This document shows positions 10,054-20,122 of a DNA stretch of 64,000 bases, in pieces. Source of the DNA: an uncultured Phycisphaerales bacterium (GTDB lineage Bacteria > Planctomycetota > Phycisphaerae > Sedimentisphaerales > Anaerobacaceae); the NCBI GenBank assembly GCA_963718665.1, contig OY970359.1, forward strand, positions 1,664,001-1,728,000, in the 5' to 3' direction. The stretch's first letter is position 1. Each line of letters starts with the position of its first letter. Both the position numbers and the translations under genes were made by a program. The notes below the pieces were generated by a model. It did no database searches. It was not told the DNA's origin and was given only the letters and a program-made list of their open reading frames with translations.

Positions 10054-10548
10054 ATGGCAACTATCCTGGTAGTTGAAGACGAGTTGGATATGCAGAAAGT
10101 CGTCGCCAAACGGCTTTCCAGCAGGGGCTTCACTGTCCACTGCGCATCAGATGGCTATCAGGCGGTGCAGAAGGCGCACAAGATAGCTCCCGATTTAATC
10201 GTGCTGGATTTACAACTGCCCGCGGGCGACGGCCTGAGCGTTCTGCGAAAACTGCGAATTTCCAAAAACACCAAAAAGACGCATATTGTTGTCCTGACCG
10301 GTATGACCAACGAACTGTTTAAGCAGAGCGTCCTGACCGAAGGCGTCGATGCGTATCTGCAAAAACCCTACGATTCACAGGTTCTTCTCGATACTATCGA
10401 TAAAATCCTCGGCAAAAAAGAAACCCCCGCGGGTTCAGAAGTTCCCAAAGCCGATGCCTCACCGGTGCCGGACAGTGAAAAGAAAGGCACGCCGGAAGAG
10501 CCGACGCTTTTCGATTTCGCCGCGAGCAGGAATCAACCCGGCAAGTAG
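10054..10548 (+). CDS. Response regulator (receiver domain with low-complexity tail)
   Basis: ILVVEDE, LIVLDLQLP, LT, QKP motifs. Confidence 0.9.
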   Translation: MATILVVEDELDMQKVVAKRLSSRGFTVHCASDGYQAVQKAHKIAPDLIVLDLQLPAGDGLSVLRKLRISKNTKKTHIVVLTGMTNELFKQSVLTEGVDAYLQKPYDSQVLLDTIDKILGKKETPAGSEVPKADASPVPDSEKKGTPEEPTLFDFAASRNQPGK

Positions 10549-11624
10549 AAATAGAACGTTGTTCCTTTACCCGGTTTTGATTCGGCCCGGATTTTTCCTT
10601 TGTGTTGTTCGATAATCAGTTTTGAGATGGCAAGTCCCAGCCCCGTGCCCTCTATGTCTTTTACCTTCGTTGACTTGATTTGCCCGTATTTTTTGAATAG
10701 CTTACCGAGGTCGTCTTTGCTTATCCCGCAGCCGGTGTCCGCGATTGCGACTTCTATGCCGCTTTCGTCTTTTCTTGTGCGGATGACGATGCTGCCCTCG
10801 GTTGTGAATTTAAAGGCGTTGCTGACGAGGTTGGTTACGACGCGAGTGATGCCGTCGTAATCGAATTCTATTTTGGGCAGTCCTTCTTCAAGCTCAATTC
10901 GCAGGTCCACCCCTTTTTGTCTGGCGACCGGCCCCATCATTTTGTAAACGTCGTTTGCCAGTTCATTTATGTCGTTTTCCGCGATGTTGAACTGCTGTTT
11001 GTCGGCGTCGATTTTCTCGAAGTCGAGAAAGTCCGTTATAAGCCGGGTCAGCCGTTCGACGTTTCTTTTGGCAAGCGTGAGAAACTCCTTTTGTTCCTCG
11101 TTGACCGCACCCGCGTCTCCGCCGGCAACGATATCAATGCCCTCTTTGATTGCCGTAAGCGGTATTCGCAGGTCGTGCGAGACCATATTCACCAGGTCCG
11201 CTTTGGCGGCGAGCGCCTCTTTGAGTTTCCGCTCCACCTTTTTGCGTTCCAGCGCGTAGAGCAGCGTTCTGCCGAGCATACTTGCAATCGCCGGACCTTT
11301 TACGAGATAATCCGTCGCGCCGAGGTTTATCGCCGAAATGCCTGTTTGGTCGTCCGCCAATCCTGTCAGGACAACGACCGGGATTTCTCCTGCCGCCGAG
11401 AGCGCACCTTTGACCGTCTCAAGTCCCGCACTATCCGGCAGCCCCAAATCGAACAGCGCCACGTCGAATAGTTCGCGTTTGAGCTTGTCTATTCCCGTGG
11501 CCATTGTGCCGGCGGTCTCAACCTCGAATTTAACGGGAAGCGGCGAGTTGGCCAAAGCCCTTTTAGCCGTCATACAATCCAATTCGTCGTCATCAACCAC
11601 CAGTATGCGAATTTTAGGCGTCAT
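10533..11624 (-). CDS. Hybrid sensor kinase (receiver + HisKA + HATPase)
   Basis: LFDLGLPD receiver, SHDLRIPL H-box, NLVSNAFKF, DTGCGI, GTGLGL. Confidence 0.92.
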   Translation of the reverse strand: MTPKIRILVVDDDELDCMTAKRALANSPLPVKFEVETAGTMATGIDKLKRELFDVALFDLGLPDSAGLETVKGALSAAGEIPVVVLTGLADDQTGISAINLGATDYLVKGPAIASMLGRTLLYALERKKVERKLKEALAAKADLVNMVSHDLRIPLTAIKEGIDIVAGGDAGAVNEEQKEFLTLAKRNVERLTRLITDFLDFEKIDADKQQFNIAENDINELANDVYKMMGPVARQKGVDLRIELEEGLPKIEFDYDGITRVVTNLVSNAFKFTTEGSIVIRTRKDESGIEVAIADTGCGISKDDLGKLFKKYGQIKSTKVKDIEGTGLGLAISKLIIEQHKGKIRAESKPGKGTTFYFYLPG

Positions 11625-11893
11625 ATTACTCTCCCTGCCACCCCTTAGGGATGGCGAAGTCTCGCCGTCGGCTGTTCCGGCGGACTTGAAATCAATATTC
11701 CATTCTTTATAGCGGCGGATTCTAAATCATCAAGCATCAATTAGCAATCATCAAGTTCTTGTGATGGAAGCTCATCTTTGATTGTAACCGCTTGTTAATA
11801 ATATGGTTAGGCGTTTTGCGCCAAAAATGGTGCTAAAGGCCGTTAAAATATGCTATAATGAAAATCGACATGGTTTTTTGTGGGGGTGTTGTG

Positions 11894-13387
11894 ATGAAAC
11901 CGAATAAAGCTTTTTGCGTTATCTTCGGCTGGCTTATGGCGGGGCTTATAGCAACGTCATTGGCCGAAGGTGGACAAACATTTATCAGCAACGCCGGTTT
12001 TGAAGTCAATACCTGGGGCACCGGTTTCGCCGATGAATGGTGGTCTTGGCCTACCGAAAATGCTGCTTATCACAACCCCGACCCGAACAATGCCCATAGC
12101 GGCAATGCGTATATCACTATTTCTGCGGACTCCAACGAATGGCCCAACGTCGGTATTACTTCGCCGATACGCGTATCGTATGACACAAACTACATACTCG
12201 GCGGATACATCGCGGACGCTAATGGCGGGCAGAGCGGCCAGAATCTTTACGGCACCGCCGGGATTAGAGTTGATTGGTATGCAAACGCAAGCGACTCGTA
12301 TGATATGCGGCTCGGCTCCGACTACATTACTCCAGCCGTACCGAAGGACGGCAATTATTACTATTACTCGGGCACATTCCGCAACCACTATGACGCCAAC
12401 TACGTCCAGATTATTCTTGCGGCCACAAAAACTTCCGGACAAACCCCGACCTTCAAATTCGATGATATCGTATTCGCACTGGCGAACCCGCCGGCCAAAC
12501 CGGACTTTAACGGTGACAGGACGGTCAACTTCATCGATTTCGCGCTGCTGGCCCAGGGATACAAAAAGGCCATTCCCACATACGATATGGATGGCGACGG
12601 CACTTTCAGCATTTCTGACCTTGCAATATTTACGCACGACTGGTTAAGGATTATCCCCGACATCCCCGGCTACCAGTTTGTCTGGTCAGATGAGTTCGAC
12701 GGCGTCCAACTCGACCGCACAAACTGGACCTACGACGTAGGCGATAGTTGGCCTAACGGCGAACTCGAGTCCTATACAGACCGGCCGGATAATTCGGTAG
12801 TCCAGAACGGCTGCCTTGTCATAATCGCAAAACAGGAAAATTACAACTCCAACAACTACACCTCGGCGCGTCTTCGCTCTCAGACCAAGGCCGACTTCCT
12901 CTACGGAAGAATGGCCGCTCGCATCAAACTGCCCGTGGGTCAGGGTATTTGGCCTGCGTTCTGGATGATGCCCACCTGCTCGGTTTACGGCGGATGGCCC
13001 AGCAGCGGAGAAATTGATATTCTGGAAACAATTAACCAGGGCGACCGCGTCTATGGCACTATGCATTTTACTAACGCCCAGGGTCAGCAAGCATCATCCG
13101 GCGGTTCATACTACGCAAACGGCCTTTGTTTCGCGAACGATTTCCACGAGTACGCCATCGAATGGGATCCCAACGAAATCCGCTGGTATGTAGATAATGT
13201 TGAGTACTTTTCCGAGACCAAATGGAGCAGCGGCACTTATCCTTATCCTGCCCCGTTCGACCAGCAATTCTACTTCATCCTCAACGTGGCAATCGGCGGC
13301 AGCTGGGCGGGCCCGCCGGACCAAACAACCGTTTTTCCGCAGCAAATGCTTGTCGACTGGGTCCGCGTCTATCAAAAGAACCCCTGA
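11894..13387 (+). CDS. GH16 beta-glucanase with N-terminal CBM-like and internal dockerin-like domain
   Basis: WSDEF, WPAFWM, GEIDILE catalytic motif; DFNGDRTVNFIDF dockerin-like repeat. Confidence 0.9.
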   Translation: MKPNKAFCVIFGWLMAGLIATSLAEGGQTFISNAGFEVNTWGTGFADEWWSWPTENAAYHNPDPNNAHSGNAYITISADSNEWPNVGITSPIRVSYDTNYILGGYIADANGGQSGQNLYGTAGIRVDWYANASDSYDMRLGSDYITPAVPKDGNYYYYSGTFRNHYDANYVQIILAATKTSGQTPTFKFDDIVFALANPPAKPDFNGDRTVNFIDFALLAQGYKKAIPTYDMDGDGTFSISDLAIFTHDWLRIIPDIPGYQFVWSDEFDGVQLDRTNWTYDVGDSWPNGELESYTDRPDNSVVQNGCLVIIAKQENYNSNNYTSARLRSQTKADFLYGRMAARIKLPVGQGIWPAFWMMPTCSVYGGWPSSGEIDILETINQGDRVYGTMHFTNAQGQQASSGGSYYANGLCFANDFHEYAIEWDPNEIRWYVDNVEYFSETKWSSGTYPYPAPFDQQFYFILNVAIGGSWAGPPDQTTVFPQQMLVDWVRVYQKNP

Positions 13388-13425
13388 AACGCATACTCCT
13401 TCAGTTGTTCGCAATCCGCGCATAA

Positions 13426-13566
13426 CTTCTGTTTAATTCGGATGCTTGGTTGAACTCATCCGGTCAAACCAACTGGAATCCGGCCTGCGATATCAGCTCG
13501 CCGAAAGATAATGTAATTGATTTCAGGGACTTCGCTGTCTTTGCCGCCGACTGGCGCAAATACTGA
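13426..13566 (+). pseudogene. Orphan dockerin-like C-terminal gene fragment
   Basis: Frame reads DAWLNSSGQTNWNPACDISSPKDNVIDFRDFAVFAADWRKY*, with an in-frame stop just upstream and no start codon. Confidence 0.7.
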
Positions 13567-13616
13567 TAGATTGCTTCTTGCGGAAAATTGCGGACATACC
13601 GCGAATTGTCACGATA

Positions 13617-14015
13617 TCAGCGTTTTTTCGCTGGCTTTTCCATTTCCGTTTTGAGCCATTCAATCGCCTCGGCGGGTTCTGAAAACACCCTGAATTGCAG
13701 CGACGAGATGATTGAGACGTTCTCGAAAAATGTGAAGTTGCCGCTACGGGGCGACGCAGGGTCGAACAAAATCGCCACCTTATATTCAGGCCCTATGCCG
13801 ATTTCCTTGAATAACTTGGGCAGGTTGTCAATTTGCAGAATGGTTAAGTTGGTCTGCAAAAGCCGGTGGTCAACGAGGACCTTTTTCGTGCCGTGATGCT
13901 CCGCTGCCGCAAAGGCCTCCTGTGTCATAATTTTGTTGTCGTCCCAGGTGATAAGACCGGAGGTCTTAACAATCAGGATGCCATCTTTTTCATTGTGTTC
14001 GATTTGCCATTTCAT
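13617..14015 (-). CDS. STAS/SpoIIAA-like hypothetical protein
   Basis: KKVLVDHR, KVAIL, FFENVS, RVFSEPAEAIEWL pattern. Confidence 0.7.
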   Translation of the reverse strand: MKWQIEHNEKDGILIVKTSGLITWDDNKIMTQEAFAAAEHHGTKKVLVDHRLLQTNLTILQIDNLPKLFKEIGIGPEYKVAILFDPASPRSGNFTFFENVSIISSLQFRVFSEPAEAIEWLKTEMEKPAKKR

Positions 14016-14301
14016 TACTTGCCCCCTGACTATTATATTATATGCTGGAGCAGAGAGGGAATCAATAGATGATTACGTGGGGCTTGCCGTTTCTCGCGGA
14101 AAGCGGGCGATGAGCCGCTCCGTGGACGACTCGGTCCCTATCGCAGCGTCTGCCAGTGCCATGTTATCCGGACGTGCCGGAACAACCGATGGCTCGGGTT
14201 TTCTTCTACTTATATAATACGATGCGTTAAAGGGTTCGCAAATCGCCAACTGTGCGATATCGCGTGCAATTGATTGTAGCGACAAAGGGAAAAAGAGAGT
14301 T

Positions 14302-14421
14302 ATTACTCCGGCTCCTGCTTTTGCATCAGTTCGATTATCTCGGCCTTTGTGGGCATCGTGTCAACCGACCCGAATTTGGTGCAGGCAATCGCACCCACCG
14401 CCGATGCGAACCTTACCGACT
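14302..14421 (-). repeat. Diverged duplicate of the rbsK 3' end
   Basis: Ungapped match to 16582-16701 at offset 2280, including the stop codon. Confidence 0.92.
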
Positions 14422-14668
14422 ATTTACTGCTTAAAAAGGTGTTGAAATCAAAAATTATGAAGAAATCTGCCGCGTTTTTGGGCTAAAACGGGCGTTCGGG
14501 AAAGTCGGAAAAATTATCAAAAAACAGCATTTCTGGGCCTGGAGAGGCCTATTTCGGATTTACTAATAATATTTTCACCTCGGTGTATATGACAAAATCG
14601 CCTTTTCTCTCAGATTAGATGCTTTTTGCGGATACCCCAGATTTTTAATAGGAATTCCGACTTTGCGC

Positions 14669-14697
14669 TTGACATTATCGGTTTTTGCGTATAGAAT
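14669..14697 (+). promoter_or_regulatory. Sigma70-type promoter for PEP-CTERM pair
   Basis: TTGACA-17 nt-TAGAAT. Confidence 0.7.
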
Positions 14698-14890
14698 TTT
14701 AGTTGCCAGTTGCTTAGGCCACATCAGGCCAGCCGGTGGCACGAAGAAGGACGAAGAGAGTGATGAGAAGAAGGAAAGAGAGCGCTGGTTTTGTGTTCAT
14801 AGTGAGTATTAGTATCTCTCTTTTATCTCCCGCAGCATCGTTCCTCACATCTTGAAATCCATATTGTTTATTTTTGGGGAGGAGAAGAGT

Positions 14891-15532
14891 ATGAAAAAGT
14901 TAGTAACAATTTGTGCAGTGGTAATTTTTGTTATGGCGATGTCCGCTGGCGCGACAACTGTCAATTACACAGTGTCTGGCTGGGGGCCAACGCAGTATCC
15001 CGGTCCTGTCACTCCACCGGAGGGGTCTCCTCGTGGCCCCAGCGGTTACCCGGGTGATACGGTAGAGCTTGTCACCTACACAGGCACCCTCGATCTTACC
15101 CCAGGCACATATGATTTGAAGATCAACACCCTTTTATGGTCAGTAGATTTCACCTATGCGGGTACTGATACCCAGTGGGACTACCCAGCCCATTGGAGTG
15201 ATCTGTCGTTCAATATTAACGCAGGCCGCGGTATGTCCATCGGAACGGCTGCTGATTCCCTGAGCCAGAACGGTCTACTCGGAGTCACTTGGTTTTACGA
15301 CTGCCTCTCGTTCTCTCAGGGGGCAGTGACTTCCTTCGTCGTCGACGGTTACCGAGTTGATGTTACGCCGCTCGAAGTCGCGCCCACTGATGCTGGGGGC
15401 ACTGTTGGTCCCCCCTGGGTCCAGCCCGAGCAAGACGTGATGGCGAGATTCGACGTCACTGTTGTTCCCGAGCCGGCAACGATGTGTCTGCTTGGTCTTG
15501 GCGCGTTGGGTCTGCTGAAAAGACGCAGTTGA
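14891..15532 (+). CDS. PEP-CTERM sorting domain surface protein
   Basis: MKKLVTICAVV signal; VPEPATMCLLGLGALGLLKRRS. Confidence 0.92.
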   Translation: MKKLVTICAVVIFVMAMSAGATTVNYTVSGWGPTQYPGPVTPPEGSPRGPSGYPGDTVELVTYTGTLDLTPGTYDLKINTLLWSVDFTYAGTDTQWDYPAHWSDLSFNINAGRGMSIGTAADSLSQNGLLGVTWFYDCLSFSQGAVTSFVVDGYRVDVTPLEVAPTDAGGTVGPPWVQPEQDVMARFDVTVVPEPATMCLLGLGALGLLKRRS

Positions 15533-15611
15533 ATTAGAAAAAAACTCGCGAAGTTGTGTAATTTGCGAGAGTAAAAAAGAGGTCGAGAGTGATGAAGAGG
15601 AAGGAAAGAGA

Positions 15612-16460
15612 ATGAAAAAATTAATTACAATTTGTGCAGTACTAATGATTGCTTTGGCCGGTACGGCTCAGGCGCAAATTGCGACGTATTCGGATTTTGC
15701 AGGATATGCAATCCGCCCTGGCACCAGTGGCAGTTATACAACGTCCGTAGCAAGTGACAATACAAATCAGACATTCACTGTTACCGCCGTCGGCGGCGGA
15801 AAAGTGGCAATCGGCACCTCGGCTATGAATGGCCTGAAGGTTTCCGATTTCGTCAATTTTAAGTTCTCTAATTCTGTTTCTGTTACCGCTGCCGGTCAAA
15901 TAGTTTATCCTAATTTTTGGGTAACCGATGGAACCGCCAACCACTACGCACTTGTCTCTGTAAATGCCATCAACGGCCAAACGCAGGACGATTTTCCGGT
16001 TTATACTGAGATGGCCTCTTCAGGCGGTATGGGCGAAAGTTACTTTGAAAATCTTGCTATACGTGTCTATGCCACCAATACAACCGATCTTAGTTGGCTC
16101 TATCCCAATAGCGTTCAGATGGCCAAATTCGGCGGCTGGAGTCAGTCGTTATGGAAATCTTCCAACGCCTCGACAATAGATCCGGTTAAGGTCTCCGATA
16201 TTGGCAATCTCTATTTTGGTTCACCTTTTATTTCTGCGACGGTCCCCGGTATCGCTGGTAATCCCGCGTGGTCTTATGTGGGGACGGGTGACCCGCAAAT
16301 GCCTCAAACATTCTACCTGATGTGCGGCGATACAAGCGGAAGTGTCCAGAACTTCGGTTATACACTGAGCAATTTGGAATTGCAGTATATTCCTGAGCCG
16401 GCGACAATTTGTCTGCTTGGTCTTGGTGCGCTGGGTCTGTTGAGGAAACGCAGGGCATAA
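15612..16460 (+). CDS. PEP-CTERM sorting domain surface protein
   Basis: MKKLITICAVL signal; IPEPATICLLGLGALGLLRKRRA. Confidence 0.92.
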   Translation: MKKLITICAVLMIALAGTAQAQIATYSDFAGYAIRPGTSGSYTTSVASDNTNQTFTVTAVGGGKVAIGTSAMNGLKVSDFVNFKFSNSVSVTAAGQIVYPNFWVTDGTANHYALVSVNAINGQTQDDFPVYTEMASSGGMGESYFENLAIRVYATNTTDLSWLYPNSVQMAKFGGWSQSLWKSSNASTIDPVKVSDIGNLYFGSPFISATVPGIAGNPAWSYVGTGDPQMPQTFYLMCGDTSGSVQNFGYTLSNLELQYIPEPATICLLGLGALGLLRKRRA

Positions 16461-16492
16461 GAAGCTCGAAAAGACAATTTGTTTTATAAATC

Positions 16493-16525
16493 AAAGGGCT
16501 GTGTTCAAACAACACAGCCCTTTTT
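16493..16525. terminator. Bidirectional intrinsic terminator
   Basis: aaagggctgtgtt-caaac-aacacagccc-ttttt hairpin between convergent genes. Confidence 0.8.
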
Positions 16526-16582
16526 CTATTCAGGATTTTAGCCGATATTAAGCCCGTTTTGTGATTTTGGTCAGCCGGCGGA

Positions 16583-17545
16583 TTACTCCGGCTCCTGCTT
16601 TTGCATCAGCTCGATTATCTCGGCCTTTGTGGGCATCGCGTCAACCGACCCGAATTTGGTGCAGGCCATCGCACCCGCCGCCGACGCGAATTTTACGGCC
16701 TTTCGCAAATCATCGCCCACCGCCAGTGATGCCGCCAGTGCCCCGGCGAATGCGTCTCCCGTTCCCGTGTGGTCAACCAGCTCGATTGGATAAGCCGGCA
16801 CGTGGTCGGCGTTGTCCCTGTCAACGACCATACAGCCGCGTCTGCCCATAGTTATAACCGCCGCCCCCACTCCCCTGGCGACGAGGTCTGAGCCGACCAT
16901 TTTCGCGGTGCGGATATTGGCGCTGGAATGCTCGCTTATCAGCGACGCCTCGTAAAGATTCGGTATCATAACGTCCACCGAGAAATACTCCGCGGGCAGC
17001 GTCGTTTCCACTCCGGCGCACGAACCGCCCAGCACGCCCGCCGGGTCAAGAATCACTTTTTTGCCGTACAGCTTGGCGATTGTGATGGTTTTGATAATTG
17101 CTTCTTTAAGCAGCCCGGCGTGAATCAGGCACACGTCCGCCTCCGCTATCGCCCGCTCCGCAAGCTCGATATCCGCCGGCACAAGCGCAAGGTTAGCCCC
17201 GTCGTATATAATGCTCGCGTTTTCGCCCTTGGTATCTACAAGCGTCAGGATGACGCCCGTGTTTTTCGCCTGCGCAGTGAAGACGTATTTGGTTTTTACG
17301 TCGTATTGTTCCAATACTGATTTTATCGTCGCCCCAAGCGGGCAGTTGCTGATTTTGCTGATTAAATGAACTTCGCAGCCGCAAAGTGCCGCCTCGATGG
17401 CCTGATTGACTCCCGGCCCCGTAGCCGTCAGTGATAATGCCGTTCCCGTTGCCGTCTGGCCCGCCGCCGGCACCTCCGTGCACTTTATCGCAAGGTCAAC
17501 GTATGCCCCGCCGACAACAACTACGTTAGGATTCCTTTCCGACAT
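16583..17545 (-). CDS. rbsK: Ribokinase (PfkB family)
   Basis: VVVGGAYVDL, GPGVNQA, PNLYEA, VDHTGTGDAFAGA. Confidence 0.88.
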   Translation of the reverse strand: MSERNPNVVVVGGAYVDLAIKCTEVPAAGQTATGTALSLTATGPGVNQAIEAALCGCEVHLISKISNCPLGATIKSVLEQYDVKTKYVFTAQAKNTGVILTLVDTKGENASIIYDGANLALVPADIELAERAIAEADVCLIHAGLLKEAIIKTITIAKLYGKKVILDPAGVLGGSCAGVETTLPAEYFSVDVMIPNLYEASLISEHSSANIRTAKMVGSDLVARGVGAAVITMGRRGCMVVDRDNADHVPAYPIELVDHTGTGDAFAGALAASLAVGDDLRKAVKFASAAGAMACTKFGSVDAMPTKAEIIELMQKQEPE

Positions 17546-17642
17546 ATCAATTCCTCAAAGATTGTCTATTATTGCGTGAGTATATCCCGCCCCGACCTAT
17601 TTGCAACCCTTTTTGTTTTTCTTCTACAACCTATTTCATGGC

Positions 17643-17808
17643 TGTCATTCCCGTGACACGGAGCATAGCGAAGGGCCTGCTTCATAAGGTGGGAATTCAG
17701 AAGCCCGTTTTTGCCGTAATATGAATCCTGATTGTTTCGTGTGCTCGTAGTCGTAAGGCGGGGCTTGCCCCGCCAAATAGAATAGGTGGGGTAAAGTCCA
17801 CCCTACAA
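17643..17808. repeat. Cluster of REP-like palindromes
   Basis: tgtcattcccg...gggaattcag; ggcggggcttgccccgcc; ggtgggg..ccaccctac. Confidence 0.55.
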
Positions 17809-17986
17809 AATTCCTTGCCAAACGGCCACTTGAAGCAATCAGCAAATTATGTGCCCTATAAGGCCCATAATTGGAAAGTATTTGTAAGCTTTTGCCAAAC
17901 AATATCTTGTGATTCGCAGCATATACAGTGGTAGTCCTTTCTGGGGGCAAAATACGAACTACTAACGACGAAATACGGAAAATGAT

Positions 17987-18058
17987 TGGGCCCGGAAGGG
18001 ATCGGACCTTCGACCAATGGATTATGAGTCCACTGCTCTACCGCTGAGCTACGAGCCC
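17987..18058 (-). tRNA. tRNA with CAT anticodon, probably tRNA-Ile2 (lysidine type); CCA not encoded
   Basis: GGGCTCGTAGCTCAGCGGTAGAGCAGTGGACT-CAT-AATCCATTGGTCGAAGGTCCGATCCCTTCCGGGCCCA folds into a cloverleaf. Confidence 0.9.
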
Positions 18059-18153
18059 GTAACTGCTTTCAGGATAACCGTTTCCACCCCAACCTGTCAA
18101 TATCAATACGCCCAAAAGGGGCCATGGTGTCAGTTTTGGTGTCAGTCATCCAC

Positions 18154-18270
18154 TCAGACCGCCGCAATACTCTTTAGAATCCTGCCAGCCGAAGCAAGGT
18201 CGTCTGGGCGAACGGCCAGATAATACTTCTGCGTGGTCGAGATGTCAGCGTGTCCGGCAAGCTGTTTTCC
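18154..18270 (-). pseudogene. Tyrosine integrase C-terminal remnant
   Basis: Manual translation GKQLAGHADISTTQKYYLAVRPDDLASAGRILKSIAAV* matches the box II motif GH....TT..Y. Confidence 0.85.
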
Positions 18271-18340
18271 GAAGTGGGCGCGGCATGGGCTAAAAAGTCC
18301 AGCAACTTTGATTTGAGGGATTATAAAAAATTCCCCACCT

Positions 18341-18529
18341 GTGCTATAAAAAAAATCGTCCGATGCTAAGTATTTGGGAAAGCCGAACTTACAGGTAGCT
18401 TATTTTGTTGAAATTGGTCTACTTTCCTTTGGTTCCGCGATATAATTCCTATGTCGGGAGTGCCTTAGTGGGCTTTTGAAGTCATACAGGAGAGAGGCCT
18501 GATGGATGGGATGAATTTTTTTACAGTTC
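18341..18529. repeat. ~185-bp inverted-repeat-ended element, copy R1
   Basis: Homologous to R2-R4; ends GTGCTATAAAAAAAATCGTCC ... GGATGAATTTTTTTACAGTTC. Confidence 0.88.
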
Positions 18530-18744
18530 TAGTGAAATGATGGCTGCCTATATCAGTCGCGGCTAAAGGCAGGGTAGGCCTTAGATCCATGTCAGGGTAT
18601 AGAGGCGTGACATTCAGTAAAGGTTTGACGGATAAAAAGTTACGCATTTTGGGGTGTCCAAAATACCGACAGATCCGCCACTCATTTAGCCATTTTTAAG
18701 CCAAATTATGATCCGATTCTTATCTCTAGGTCCTTATATGATGC

Positions 18745-18820
18745 CCCCGCTAGTGGTTTCAAGAGATAACTTCCTGTTTAACAGGAAGTTATCTCTTTTT
18801 CTTTATGCCCAAGTTAGTCC
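18745..18820 (+). terminator. Terminator-containing repeat, copy 1
   Basis: aagagataacttcctgt-tta-acaggaagttatctctt + T tract; homologous to 27995-28070. Confidence 0.75.
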
Positions 18821-18821
18821 T

Positions 18822-19000
18822 GTACTATAAAAATATTAGTCCGATGCTAATTTTTTGAAAAACCTGAACTTACAAGCAGCTTATTTTGTTGAAATTGGTC
18901 GCCTTTTCTTTGGTTCCGCGATATATTCCTACGTTGAGAGTGTCGTGGTAAGTTTTTAAAGTCATACGGGAGGGCGGTCTGATGGATATTTTTACAGTAA
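18822..19000. repeat. ~185-bp inverted-repeat-ended element, copy R2
   Basis: GTACTATAAAAATATT ... ATATTTTTACAGTA. Confidence 0.88.
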
Positions 19001-19005
19001 GCGTG

Positions 19006-20082
19006 TTACCGTAAATACGTGTTTGCTCTGCTGCTTTTGACAACTTGGTACTCCGGTCCAGCGGTGATTAGAATGGCCTCGACGCCGTCCAGCGACTCAA
19101 CGAGTGCAAGGCCCTTTTCAGTCCCCATTACATTTACAGCCGTTGAAAGTGCATCCGCATCCACAGCAGTTGTGGCGAGGATGGTGTCGCTGCTTAACTT
19201 ACTTGCCCCAGTCGCAGTGCTCGTATCAATGATGTGACTGTATCTCTTCCCATCTATGGTCACAAACCGCCTGTAGTCGCCGCTTGTTGCAACCGCCATA
19301 TCATTCAATTTCAAGACCATCAACACCTGTTCCGCGCCAATGGCACCATTTGAGTTCGGCGGGTCTGCACCCGGTTGTGCCGCCACTGGGTTTTGCAGGC
19401 CAACCAGCCAGGTGTCTTTGTCTGCTGGTTTTCCGAAGCAGCGTATATCGCCGCTCGCACAGACCATACCACCAATGGCCCCCTCCCGCCGCATTGCCTC
19501 AATGGCCTTATCTACGGCGTAACCCTTTGCTATCCCGCCCAAATCCAGACGCATCCCCTTGACCGCAAACCGCACCGTTCGCTCATTCGCATCCAGTATC
19601 AGTTTTTCAAATCCGACGCGTGCTTTGGCGGCAGCAAGGGTATTTTCGTCAGGTACGGCGTTTGCCTTGCCCGCTTTATGCCAGAGGTCCACCAAAGGCC
19701 CAACGGTAATGTCAAACGCACCATTGGAAAGCCGACTGAACTCAACACTTTTTTGAAGTATTTCGAAAAGCTCGGGGCTGACCTTGACGGGGTTTGTAAA
19801 TGCCTCGCGGTTGACCCTGCTTAGCTCGGAGTCATTCTTGTAATCACTCATCATTGCATCGATTCGTTTGAGTTGCTCAAATCCTGCCTCGATGCAGCGT
19901 TTGCCCTGCCATTGGTGTTTTGCCACCGCCACTATTCTCGCCAATGTCCCCATCACCTCGCGGTAGCCGCCATCAATCTCAACCGGCTGGCGTATTTTTT
20001 CTGCCACAAAAAAATAAACGCCGACCAAAAGAACACCGGTGACAGCAATCTTTATCGCAACTCGCCTGCTACTGTTCTTCAA
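19006..20082 (-). CDS. apbE: FAD:protein FMN transferase
   Basis: VMGT, GAFDITVGPL, LDLGGIAKGY, VATSGDY, YSHIID, ADALSTA; probable TTG start after ggag. Confidence 0.92.
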   Translation of the reverse strand: MKNSSRRVAIKIAVTGVLLVGVYFFVAEKIRQPVEIDGGYREVMGTLARIVAVAKHQWQGKRCIEAGFEQLKRIDAMMSDYKNDSELSRVNREAFTNPVKVSPELFEILQKSVEFSRLSNGAFDITVGPLVDLWHKAGKANAVPDENTLAAAKARVGFEKLILDANERTVRFAVKGMRLDLGGIAKGYAVDKAIEAMRREGAIGGMVCASGDIRCFGKPADKDTWLVGLQNPVAAQPGADPPNSNGAIGAEQVLMVLKLNDMAVATSGDYRRFVTIDGKRYSHIIDTSTATGASKLSSDTILATTAVDADALSTAVNVMGTEKGLALVESLDGVEAILITAGPEYQVVKSSRANTYLR

Positions 20083-20122
20083 CTCTATCTCCAGAAAAAC
20101 AAAATTCGGGTAACTAAAAGGT

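Noticed and set aside
10533..10548. Convergent 3' overlap of regulator and kinase as antisense control
   Set aside because: 16-bp tail-to-tail overlaps are common
14700..14890. c-di-GMP riboswitch in the PEP-CTERM leader
   Set aside because: gccagccggtggcac resembles a 3' part but the GGCAAA/GCAAA core and P2 stem are not visible
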